From IMG/VR virus record IMGVR_UViG_3300032323_001387, positions 1 to 64,000 of that record: DNA of 64,000 bases, one strand, 5' to 3'. The position numbers and the translations under genes were made by a program. Within the stretch, counting starts at the first letter, position 1. Each line of letters opens with the position of its first letter. The stretch is from a virus. This document shows, one piece after another, positions 38,391-47,249 of the stretch. The notes beneath the pieces were generated by a model that was not told the origin of the DNA, ran no database searches, and saw nothing but the letters and a program-made list of their open reading frames with translations.

Positions 38391-38524
38391 TTGTAAATAA
38401 AAGGATCTCGTTTGCGTAGTTCTTCTAAACGCTTTTTAAGTTGTTCTTCGTAGTCTAACTCTTCCTGTGTTTTTTGTTTTTCTTCTTCTACAGGTTGTTG
38501 TGGTTGTTGATCGTTGTTTTCCAT
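38387..38524 (-). CDS. 45-aa peptide ending RDPFIYK (not in ORF track)
   Basis: MENNDQQPQQPVEEEKQKTQEELDYEEQLKKRLEELRKRDPFIYK; ATGA overlap with the carbamoyltransferase. Confidence 0.8.
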   Translation of the reverse strand: MENNDQQPQQPVEEEKQKTQEELDYEEQLKKRLEELRKRDPFIYK

Positions 38525-38529
38525 AATGA

Positions 38530-38537
38530 TATTTATA
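38530..38537 (-). promoter_or_regulatory. T4-type late promoter box TATAAATA
   Basis: Exact octamer in a 15-bp intergenic gap, 5 nt before ATG 38524. Confidence 0.6.
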
Positions 38538-38539
38538 AC

Positions 38540-39082
38540 TTAGTTAATGTAATATAGCTCAGGATACTCCACTAATACATGAATACCTTTTTCTTCTGTA
38601 GCTGTTTTATAAGCATTAGCAATATCAGCAGGCGTTTTTAAATCATAAAATTTGGTGTGCGGGCATAGGCTTTTGAATTCTTCAAAATAGCTACCTTTGT
38701 GTTGATGGCCGGGGTCTAAAGGTTTGTCGCTGCCTTTACCCAAACGTATTAAAACATGTGCTTGTTTGCCTGTCATTGCTTGGAATTTATCTAAGTGATT
38801 GACCAATTGATTAGTTGCACTGATAACAAAATCCCATCTTGGATAAAAACTAACAACAGTTTTACCAGCCATAGCCATTCCCAGACTCATACCCATTTGT
38901 GTTTCTTCCATGACGGGAAGTTCAATCATTTTATCCTTAGGCACATTACCCAATGTAGTGCTCATTGGATTACCCGAGTAAACAATTTGTTGTCCAATGA
39001 AAAGTATATCGTCCTTAGCTGCCAATACCGTCATTGCATCAGTTAGTGCATCTTTGTATGGGCTCATTTGTGGTGCTGTCAT
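38540..39082 (-). CDS. TPP enzyme beta subunit (pyrimidine-binding domain only; E1-beta/transketolase-like)
   Basis: ELPVMEETQMGMSLGMA, NQLVN, GHQH; no C-terminal domain. Confidence 0.8.
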   Translation of the reverse strand: MTAPQMSPYKDALTDAMTVLAAKDDILFIGQQIVYSGNPMSTTLGNVPKDKMIELPVMEETQMGMSLGMAMAGKTVVSFYPRWDFVISATNQLVNHLDKFQAMTGKQAHVLIRLGKGSDKPLDPGHQHKGSYFEEFKSLCPHTKFYDLKTPADIANAYKTATEEKGIHVLVEYPELYYIN

Positions 39083-39083
39083 T

Positions 39084-39938
39084 TTAAATTTCTCTTTCTA
39101 AATGTTGTATTATGTTATCTGCTATTACGCGATGACATAATTTTGAAGGATGCATATCTTGCGGAGTTACATCAAACTCGTCGGTATCTCTGTATATAGT
39201 AAGTTCGGGATTTACTATTTTTTGATCTATTTTAGTTTCCATCATATGTTCCATACTAGGATACTGAATACCTTTATAGTCAAATTTAATCATTCTATTT
39301 CTTAGCCAATCATCTTGTTCTATGTAATCTACAAGATCTGCTGGCCAAGTCATTACATAAACTTTAATGCCTTTGTCTGTAAATGTTTTTAAAAACTCTT
39401 TGACCTCTTGCAGCTCTTTTCTTATGGCTTGCTCAATATATTGATCCACAGTTAAATTGTTTTCAATCAACCATTTTGCAATTTCATGATTAGCTAGGAT
39501 ATCGGAGTGAGTAGAGGGATATGGTTTGCCTAGTCGAGTTGGACTATGTGCTCTATGCCATTGAGTGAATTGATAAAAAACATGACTTATATCTTCGTAG
39601 TTAAACGTAGGCGGAGTCACGGGATGATTGCCTTTGTTTTTTTCGGGATTGTCTTTGCTCATAAAGCATCTCTGCCACCAATCATGTATGCTGTAACTGG
39701 CTCCACCGTTCCAAGGTTGGCAAAGTTCATATGTATTAAAATGATTTGCTACAAGCCTTGGAAATCTCAGAGACTTCATATACTCGATATGTGTATCTTT
39801 AACATAATCTGCTTGATAGTGATTAGCTGGTGGTTCTACAAGTGTGGGCATGTTTGAATAATAATACAAACCTTGCCCCCACGTAAAACTACATCCAGCA
39901 AAGATCATTCCCCTAGTAACGGGACTTTGACTTTTCAT
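39084..39938 (-). CDS. SGNH-like protein
   Basis: FAGCSFTWG, NGGAS, DMHP. Confidence 0.6.
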   Translation of the reverse strand: MKSQSPVTRGMIFAGCSFTWGQGLYYYSNMPTLVEPPANHYQADYVKDTHIEYMKSLRFPRLVANHFNTYELCQPWNGGASYSIHDWWQRCFMSKDNPEKNKGNHPVTPPTFNYEDISHVFYQFTQWHRAHSPTRLGKPYPSTHSDILANHEIAKWLIENNLTVDQYIEQAIRKELQEVKEFLKTFTDKGIKVYVMTWPADLVDYIEQDDWLRNRMIKFDYKGIQYPSMEHMMETKIDQKIVNPELTIYRDTDEFDVTPQDMHPSKLCHRVIADNIIQHLEREI

Positions 39939-40354
39939 TTATTTTTATTAGGCCAACTAATTTCCCAGTCTTTAAAGTCTGCTGCCAAGCAGTCTACTTT
40001 ATAGTCTTTACGTCCGCCAACACTTTCTTGAATTACGTTCTTAGCAGTATTACGAATACCATTTAAGCCGTGTGTAAGCTCTAGGTTGTTGCCATCTTTA
40101 ATACCACGACGATAATTACTTTCATTGTGCCAAATATGTAAATTCATTTGACTGACCACAACAATAGCACGGATAACATCTGCTGTAACTACTACATCTT
40201 TTTCTTCTAGTATTAGTTGAATATCATGTACAATGGCAGCAATTTCTTCACTGTATTCTTGTTTATGTTCGGGAATAAAAACTTCCTTGAGTTGAACAAT
40301 GCTCAAACGATCAACCAAATCACCTAGTGTATGCAAGTATTTTCTCTCAGTCAT
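39935..40354 (-). CDS. Hypothetical helical protein in sugar locus
   Basis: LGDLVDRLSIVQLK...NLHIWHNE; 139 aa. Confidence 0.7.
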   Translation of the reverse strand: MTERKYLHTLGDLVDRLSIVQLKEVFIPEHKQEYSEEIAAIVHDIQLILEEKDVVVTADVIRAIVVVSQMNLHIWHNESNYRRGIKDGNNLELTHGLNGIRNTAKNVIQESVGGRKDYKVDCLAADFKDWEISWPNKNK

Positions 40355-41286
40355 AAATTTGTAAAATTTCTATTGTTAAAAGGGATAGTCATTTGGTACG
40401 CAGATATCAATTGCTTAATACCATAGTCCAAATCAAACATTGGCTTCCATCCCAAACTTTCTAACTTAGCGTTAGAAACTATGTAATTGCGTTTGTCGAA
40501 GTCTTGTTTAAATTCGTCTTGCTTAATTACCAATGCAGGAATTTGTTCTTTGATCTTTTCAGCTAGTTCTAACTTACTTAGATTAGCAGAACTTAAACCA
40601 ACATTATAAACTTGGCCGCGGCACTTGTCATAATTATCAATCATGAATTCAAATGTTCTAGCAATGTCCTGTACGTGAATGTAATTGCGTTTGAAGTTTG
40701 CTTCAAACAATACCATGTATCCATCTACTACTGCTTTGTAAACAAAATCGTTGACCAACAAGTCCTGCCTCATTCTTGGACTTACTCCGAATACAGTAGC
40801 AAGTCTTAGAATAACACCATTGCCTTTTTTAAGCACATAATCTTCGGCATCGCATTTAGTCTGTGCGTACAAGCTTAATGGCTTAAACGGACTTTCTTCT
40901 GTGATAATCTCTTCACTACTGCCATATTGACTGTTAGTATTAGGCAATATCAGCTTTTGGTCATCTCGCAATACATCAACTACATTTTTAATTTGTTCGT
41001 AGTTTACTTGTACTGTCAGATCTGGATTTGCTTTACACGCTGGCATGCCAACAATAGCAGCCAATGGAATAACAACATCAGCTAAGCCGACTTGCTCAGT
41101 AAGTAAATCCTTATCCCTAACATCGCCTGCAATGAAGTGAAATTTAGGCTGTTTGAAAAGATGCAGCAAACTTGTTTGCTTGTACATAAGGTTATCTAAT
41201 ACAGTAACCTCATGTCCTTTAAACAATAAATGTTCTGCTAGTGTGCTGCCAAGATAACCAGCTCCGCCTGTGATTAAAATTTTCAT
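40351..41286 (-). CDS. NAD-dependent NDP-sugar epimerase/dehydratase (extended SDR)
   Basis: TGGAGYLG, LAAIVG, YAQTK, RLATVFG. Confidence 0.9.
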   Translation of the reverse strand: MKILITGGAGYLGSTLAEHLLFKGHEVTVLDNLMYKQTSLLHLFKQPKFHFIAGDVRDKDLLTEQVGLADVVIPLAAIVGMPACKANPDLTVQVNYEQIKNVVDVLRDDQKLILPNTNSQYGSSEEIITEESPFKPLSLYAQTKCDAEDYVLKKGNGVILRLATVFGVSPRMRQDLLVNDFVYKAVVDGYMVLFEANFKRNYIHVQDIARTFEFMIDNYDKCRGQVYNVGLSSANLSKLELAEKIKEQIPALVIKQDEFKQDFDKRNYIVSNAKLESLGWKPMFDLDYGIKQLISAYQMTIPFNNRNFTNL

Positions 41287-42275
41287 GGTTTGCTATTTGG
41301 ATCGTATTGGTCTTTGTTCATTTTGTACCAGCGAAGTGTGTTCTTCAATGCTTCACGTAGTTCATATTTTGGCTTCCAGCCTAGAGCATTGATCTTTTCA
41401 GAACTTAATAGTCTAACTGAAATCATAAACGCTTTGTTGTTAACGTACTCGATTGGATTTTCATTGTCATCAATCTCTTTAAGCATTTGTAGAACTTCAT
41501 TGACAGTAAAGCCATAGCCATAGCATACATTATATACATCATACTTGTTGACATTTTCTGCAACGAACACAATACCTTCTGCCATGTCTTCAACGTGCAA
41601 CAAGTCGCGGACGTCATTACCGTCACCCCACACAGGAATAGGATTTAAGCCATCTGCAATCTTACGAATGCTTGCAGGAGTAACGTGACACTTTTCATAG
41701 TCAAATTTATCATTTGGACCAAATGCATTACTAGGACGAATGATAACACATTGCATTGGATTGTGAATTTGGTTACTGAAGAAGTCACACAATGCTTCGC
41801 TGTAACGCTTCATTCCGCCCACTGCTTTGTACACAGGGATTAGAGGACTTGCGTTAATATCGATACCTTCATGGCAATAGTCGTTGCCCATGTCAGGATA
41901 CACTGTATTAGAGCTAATGAAGATAAACTTCTTAACACCATTACGCCAGCTTTGTTCCATCAAATTGGTATTCATTTCAATGTTTGGTGTTACGTGTAGT
42001 AATGGATTAAACTTAGTGTCTAAGGCATTACTTGTGTTGGCCGCACAGTGAATAACAACATCAACATCTTTGCTTACTTTTTCGCAGAACGCTGCTGTGC
42101 GTAAATCGCCATGGTGATTCTCTACTGTTTCCCATCCGTAAAAGTCTTTACGTAGGGTTCTGCTATAAGTTGTACTGCGTACATTCTTATAGCCTTTTTC
42201 AAATAAGGTTCTTAAAATATGACTGCCAATAAATCCAGAGGCGCCAGTAACTAAAATTCTGTCTGTTTTTTGCAT
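41283..42275 (-). CDS. GDP-fucose-synthase-like NDP-sugar epimerase/reductase
   Basis: TGASGFIG, RPSNAFGPNDKF...HV, VWGDG..RDLLHVED. Start moved to 42275. Confidence 0.8.
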   Translation of the reverse strand: MQKTDRILVTGASGFIGSHILRTLFEKGYKNVRSTTYSRTLRKDFYGWETVENHHGDLRTAAFCEKVSKDVDVVIHCAANTSNALDTKFNPLLHVTPNIEMNTNLMEQSWRNGVKKFIFISSNTVYPDMGNDYCHEGIDINASPLIPVYKAVGGMKRYSEALCDFFSNQIHNPMQCVIIRPSNAFGPNDKFDYEKCHVTPASIRKIADGLNPIPVWGDGNDVRDLLHVEDMAEGIVFVAENVNKYDVYNVCYGYGFTVNEVLQMLKEIDDNENPIEYVNNKAFMISVRLLSSEKINALGWKPKYELREALKNTLRWYKMNKDQYDPNSKP

Positions 42276-42276
42276 T

Positions 42277-43251
42277 TTATTTTCCAATGTAATTTTCGAT
42301 AGTTTTCTTAATACCATCTCTTAGTGTAGTTCTAGGTAACATATCATATTTACGTTGCTTGTCCGCACTTAGACAGCGAACTGGGTCGCCATTTGTCTTT
42401 GTTTCGTCCCAAATGATTTGTTTTTCTTCGCCACTGATTTCTTTGTATACGTCAATGATAGTTTCAATTGTTTCTTTAATGCTAACTGCTGTGCCGCAGC
42501 CAAAGTTAACAATGTCTTTGACTTCTTTAGTAACTGCATCGATGCTGGCTTGTGCAACATCGTCGCCAAACACAAAGTCTCTGCGAGCACTACCATTGCC
42601 CCAACATGTAATGCTGTTGCCCGGAACGTTCTTTAGCTTCCAAATGTTAGAACTGATAACTGTGGCATCTTCTGCAAAGTTATCATTGATACCATAGATA
42701 TTACTTGGACGAATTACTGTCCAATTATCCCACCCATACTGTACTGTCAGAGATTCCAATGTTGCTTCGCCCATGCGCTTGGTCCAGCCTGGATACCAAT
42801 CATTGCGACTTGGTGTTGTTTTCCAAACATCGTCTTCGTTCATTAGCTCTGCTGGCTGGTAAACGCCTACACTACTCAAATACACAAACCAATCTACCTT
42901 AGCATCAAATGCTGCCTTAATCATGTTAGTGTTAAACATCAACATAGGGAACAAATAATCGCAGGGCTGTTTACTGCTACGAGCAGGACTGCCTTTGACT
43001 CCGGCAATGTGTAGCACAATGTTAATCTTGTTTTTAAACAACTCTTCGCAGTTATGCAAATAAGTCAAATCACAGTTAACAAATTCTACCACGTTGGGAT
43101 ATTTGTCGCAGACTTCTTTTAGCTTGGGGCTTTGTCTGATATCCACAGCATAGACTTTACTTGCGCCTTCATGAACGCTTTTTTCAACTGCTGGTACACC
43201 CACTAAACCACTGGCGCCTGTTACCAATACTACTTTGTTTTCAAATTTCAT
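42277..43251 (-). CDS. GDP-fucose-synthase-like NDP-sugar epimerase/reductase
   Basis: TGASGLVG, RPSNIYGINDNF, WGNGSARRDFV. Confidence 0.8.
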   Translation of the reverse strand: MKFENKVVLVTGASGLVGVPAVEKSVHEGASKVYAVDIRQSPKLKEVCDKYPNVVEFVNCDLTYLHNCEELFKNKINIVLHIAGVKGSPARSSKQPCDYLFPMLMFNTNMIKAAFDAKVDWFVYLSSVGVYQPAELMNEDDVWKTTPSRNDWYPGWTKRMGEATLESLTVQYGWDNWTVIRPSNIYGINDNFAEDATVISSNIWKLKNVPGNSITCWGNGSARRDFVFGDDVAQASIDAVTKEVKDIVNFGCGTAVSIKETIETIIDVYKEISGEEKQIIWDETKTNGDPVRCLSADKQRKYDMLPRTTLRDGIKKTIENYIGK

Positions 43252-44693
43252 TTTAAATACCACTTTCTTATATCGTTAAAGGTTTTATTAAATGGGTTAT
43301 ACTTACCAAACGTCTTTGCATGATTTTGATTGTGTATTAACACATCTGTTAGCTGATAATATATATCATGTATTTCACTTAGTGATAACGCTGATAGCCT
43401 ATAAATCTCAGCATTAATCAATTCAAATCTATTTCTAAAATCTGTACATTCATCATATGTTTCATCTATAAATGGACTAAATGTTTTAAATCCTAACTCC
43501 CGCAATGTTTTTAATGTATAAGGATTACCCATTACTATAAATGGCTGTAGATTAATTATAGGATGATGAAACGTTTTTTCACTGATAAAAGGAAACTTGC
43601 CTCCACCAAATTCAAATGACGTTTCATTTACAATATTAATATAAGACTCAGCAAACAATGCTTTATTGTTGTTATTAAGATTAAAGCTGTGTTTCTGATC
43701 TAAGGGCAAGTGTGCAGTATCAACTTCCATGGGAATATTGTTAACAATATCATCAACAATTAACTCTACTTCCTCAGATTCCCCTGTAAAATGGGATATT
43801 GCATTATAGATTCTATGTTTATTGGTATAATCGTGTAATGCTACAAAACTAAAAATGCTGTCATTTAATAGTCGATGCTTAAACGCCATATAAGCACTTA
43901 GCCAGCGATGCGGCCTGTGCATATTCCTATTCATACAAATAAACTTCTTACTGCGAATATGATTAAGGTCTAAGTCTTCTGGTTTAATATAATCCGATTT
44001 ATATCCCAATGATCCTACTCTGGGATATTCTTGGAATTTATCTGCTAACTGATTTAAAACAATATATCCATTTGTTATTTTTATTTTACTATTAGGATAT
44101 AAATCGTAATGACTGTCAAAGGTATTACCGCCTATGACAATGATATTTTCTCCAGCAATGCCGTGATTATTAAAATACTTTTCTATCTCTACTAAGTTTT
44201 CAGAATGCTCCAATGGATCGTGTATTACATTCAATACTAGTTTGATATTACCCGTCTGTAATCCCAGCAACACCTTAGGATCTAAAGTATCGATAAATTC
44301 GTACTCGTAATCTGTGCCATTCAATTTAATTGAATACTTGCCGTAAATTGAGTTTAAAGTGAAACAAATCTCAACGGGATAAAGATATACGTCGCCGTCA
44401 TATACTAGTTCGTCAACAGTTACTATATTATCAGTGCCATAATGAAGTTTGTAATAGTTATAAAAGTTTTTATGGGCTACATGTGCTAACCACGTAGATG
44501 ATTCATTTTCTGCTTGTAATTCAGAGATAATCGTACTTTGAAACGCAAACTCGTTATCCTTAAGTCTATCCAATATATACGCATTTACCTGCGGAGGTAA
44601 GCCGTTTAAAAGAAACTCCTTGCCCTGATAATTGACAAAAGAACCGCTGTAAACTAATTTTATATCTCGATTATAATTGTTGAATAAACTCAT
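43248..44693 (-). CDS. Putative GT-B glycosyltransferase (family 2, GT10-like C-terminus)
   Basis: KKFICMNR..RPHR; IVNETS..FISEKT..P..QPF..GFKTF..IDETYD. Confidence 0.5.
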   Translation of the reverse strand: MSLFNNYNRDIKLVYSGSFVNYQGKEFLLNGLPPQVNAYILDRLKDNEFAFQSTIISELQAENESSTWLAHVAHKNFYNYYKLHYGTDNIVTVDELVYDGDVYLYPVEICFTLNSIYGKYSIKLNGTDYEYEFIDTLDPKVLLGLQTGNIKLVLNVIHDPLEHSENLVEIEKYFNNHGIAGENIIVIGGNTFDSHYDLYPNSKIKITNGYIVLNQLADKFQEYPRVGSLGYKSDYIKPEDLDLNHIRSKKFICMNRNMHRPHRWLSAYMAFKHRLLNDSIFSFVALHDYTNKHRIYNAISHFTGESEEVELIVDDIVNNIPMEVDTAHLPLDQKHSFNLNNNNKALFAESYINIVNETSFEFGGGKFPFISEKTFHHPIINLQPFIVMGNPYTLKTLRELGFKTFSPFIDETYDECTDFRNRFELINAEIYRLSALSLSEIHDIYYQLTDVLIHNQNHAKTFGKYNPFNKTFNDIRKWYLK

Positions 44694-46080
44694 AAGATAT
44701 CTTGTATGGGTCAGTATCTTTAAAAGATGCGAAATGGTCTCTATTATAAATTAAAATATCTTTCATTGAATAATATAAGTCGTGTAATTCTTTATGACTC
44801 AGTGCATTTAATTTTAATATTTCTTTTTGAATCATTTGCATTCTTGTTGCATAGTCGGGCTCTAGATCATAACTCTCGTCTATAAATGGGCTAAATGTTT
44901 TAAAGCCTAGTTTTCTTAACTGACGTAATGATCCGAAATCGCCAACCATTATAAATGGCTGTAAGTTAATAATAGGCCTATATGTTTTCTCCGAGAAGAA
45001 TGGACTATTATCTATAGGTCCATGGAAACTTGTTTCTGATATAATATGGAAATACGTATCAGTATACCATTCCTTTTTATTATTATCAGTTACAAAGCCT
45101 CTTTTTTCATTAGCAGTTAAATGATTAGTGTCTATTTCATAGGGCAATAGGGCCATTAGATTATTAAAATCTTCGTCTGTAATAGGGCCAGGTAACAAAT
45201 CCTCTACATCGCGTCTAATATGATTTGGGTCATGTGGGATACTAACAAAACTAAAGATACTATTATCTAAAAGACTGTACTTCATTGCCATATAAGCCAG
45301 ATAATATCTGTGTGAACGCATAGACCTATTAAAACAAAGAAACTTTTTTGGTCGTATTTTAGTAATATCTAAATCGCTGTCTCTGACAATGTCAGATATA
45401 TAACCCATTGATGTGGGTCTAGGAAAATCAAACATACAGCGGGCTTGCTGTTGTAATGCTAGATTACCATAAGTGAAATTCGTTAAACTATCCGGAAAAT
45501 CTTTGGTATGATTAAAAAACTTATTGCCAAATATAAACACTAAATTAGATTCACTAACGCCTAATTTACGTAATACTAATTCCAATTCTCGTATACCAGG
45601 CGCAAAATGACAAGGATCTTGTATATTACAAATAACTATTTTGATTCTATTTGCTTTTAAATGATTAATAATAGGTTCAATAATTTCTTCTATAGAATAT
45701 TCAACACTGGTACCGTCTAAGTCGACTTTTACTTTGGCATTCAGCGAATCAATCGAGGTTGCAATTTCAATGGGAAAGATATACGTTGTATCTACGTCAT
45801 TGACATCTATATCATATATTGGAATTATATGCTGTTCGCCAATATTTTTTATAAAATAGTAATGAAAATTACCTAGGTTGTGCATTAAATTCCAACCAAT
45901 GGTTGAATTATTTTTTACTTGCTCTACACATTCATGCGGATTAAATTCATCATGCCCTTGAATATATTTTTTCTCAATATGATTCATTACAACCTGAGGT
46001 ATACCGTTGCTAAAATATACCTTTTCGCCGCGAACATTAGAGTAAATGTGCGAGTATACTGCTTTTAGAATACGACCCAT
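44671..46080 (-). CDS. Putative GT-B glycosyltransferase (family 2)
   Basis: KKFLCFNR..RSHR; IISETS..FSEKT..QPF..GFKTF..IDESYD. Confidence 0.5.
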   Translation of the reverse strand: MGRILKAVYSHIYSNVRGEKVYFSNGIPQVVMNHIEKKYIQGHDEFNPHECVEQVKNNSTIGWNLMHNLGNFHYYFIKNIGEQHIIPIYDIDVNDVDTTYIFPIEIATSIDSLNAKVKVDLDGTSVEYSIEEIIEPIINHLKANRIKIVICNIQDPCHFAPGIRELELVLRKLGVSESNLVFIFGNKFFNHTKDFPDSLTNFTYGNLALQQQARCMFDFPRPTSMGYISDIVRDSDLDITKIRPKKFLCFNRSMRSHRYYLAYMAMKYSLLDNSIFSFVSIPHDPNHIRRDVEDLLPGPITDEDFNNLMALLPYEIDTNHLTANEKRGFVTDNNKKEWYTDTYFHIISETSFHGPIDNSPFFSEKTYRPIINLQPFIMVGDFGSLRQLRKLGFKTFSPFIDESYDLEPDYATRMQMIQKEILKLNALSHKELHDLYYSMKDILIYNRDHFASFKDTDPYKISYEFIQQL

Positions 46081-46694
46081 TTGCCTGTTCCATAATGAGG
46101 AAATTTAGATTTATATTCATACCATATAACATCTTCGGGAATATCACGTTTGTGATTCCATGTTGCTACAGTAGGAGTATTAGTAGATACTGCATTATCT
46201 TCTACAATAAAATACAACGGCAAATTAAAGTTTCTAGCATATTTGTGCACTTCATAAAAGATACCGCTTTCAAAACTCATATCACCAATGAAACACCAAA
46301 CTTTTTCATCGCTGCCATTATCTTTAATTGCTTGTGCAACGCCCAATGCAATTGATAATGTACCGCCAACAATAGCACTGGAATAAAATTTATTATCTAA
46401 ATTACATATAGTAATACTTTTTCCAGCTAATATATCTTGTTCAATAGTTGCGGGATCAATGCCTTTAAGCAGTGCATGATAATGACTGCGCCATGTAGAA
46501 AATACCCAATCAGTTGTTTTAATTCTTTTAAAGATTTCAATCAGTTGTTCTTCGTTGCCGTTAGACAAGTGCACTGGGCCACGGATTTTGGCATTTTCCC
46601 AGTGGTTTACAATCTTATCTTCAAATGCTATTAACTCTTCTTTAGTCAAGTCAATTGGCCTTACAATTTCATATTTGTCAATGTTTTTAATCAT
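46065..46694 (-). CDS. TPP enzyme alpha subunit (E1-alpha-like, minimal)
   Basis: HLSNGNEE, WRSHYH, SAIVGG, TPP motif GD...EDN. Confidence 0.85.
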   Translation of the reverse strand: MIKNIDKYEIVRPIDLTKEELIAFEDKIVNHWENAKIRGPVHLSNGNEEQLIEIFKRIKTTDWVFSTWRSHYHALLKGIDPATIEQDILAGKSITICNLDNKFYSSAIVGGTLSIALGVAQAIKDNGSDEKVWCFIGDMSFESGIFYEVHKYARNFNLPLYFIVEDNAVSTNTPTVATWNHKRDIPEDVIWYEYKSKFPHYGTGKWVVF

Positions 46695-46703
46695 AATAAT
46701 CTT

Positions 46704-47249
46704 TCATCTATCTCTTGCTTGCAACACTGGCTTATCTGTAGGCCATTCTATGTTAAATCTACTATCATTCCACTTAATCACTCCTTGCGCTTTTTCATCA
46801 ACGTAATCGCCTTGATAAAATAAGTTATAATGGAATATGCAATCTGTTAGTGCAAAGTGTCCATTAGCAAAGCCCGGTGGTACTAAGACTTGATCTCTAG
46901 TTTTTTCTGAGATTATATAGCTTTCCCATTTGCCATAGTTAACACTGTGTTCTCTAACATCCATTACTACAAGGTATATGTCGCCTACTAAGGCTTGTAC
47001 TAATTTCCAAGTCTTATTGTCGTAGTGTAAGCCACGCAATACTCCTTGATATGACTTACTAAACCTTCCATGTATATTAACGTCTGTGGGCAGTAATTTC
47101 ACAACTGGATGAGTTTCACTATGGAACGTTGTAAAAATTTCACCACGATATTCTCTGTATACACTGGGGCTATACACAGGAACTTCTGTGCCAAATTTTG
47201 ACAAATAAGATATATCAACATTATCCCATTGGGGCAATTTATAATTCAT
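46704..47249 (-). CDS. rmlC: dTDP-4-dehydrorhamnose 3,5-epimerase-like cupin
   Basis: RGEI, VLRGLHY, KLV, VPPGFANG, IKWND..IEWP. Confidence 0.85.
   Translation of the reverse strand: MNYKLPQWDNVDISYLSKFGTEVPVYSPSVYREYRGEIFTTFHSETHPVVKLLPTDVNIHGRFSKSYQGVLRGLHYDNKTWKLVQALVGDIYLVVMDVREHSVNYGKWESYIISEKTRDQVLVPPGFANGHFALTDCIFHYNLFYQGDYVDEKAQGVIKWNDSRFNIEWPTDKPVLQARDR

Noticed and set aside
38540-46694. Pyruvate dehydrogenase auxiliary metabolic genes
   Set aside because: Subunits are truncated, E2/E3 are absent, and the genes are embedded in NDP-sugar genes.
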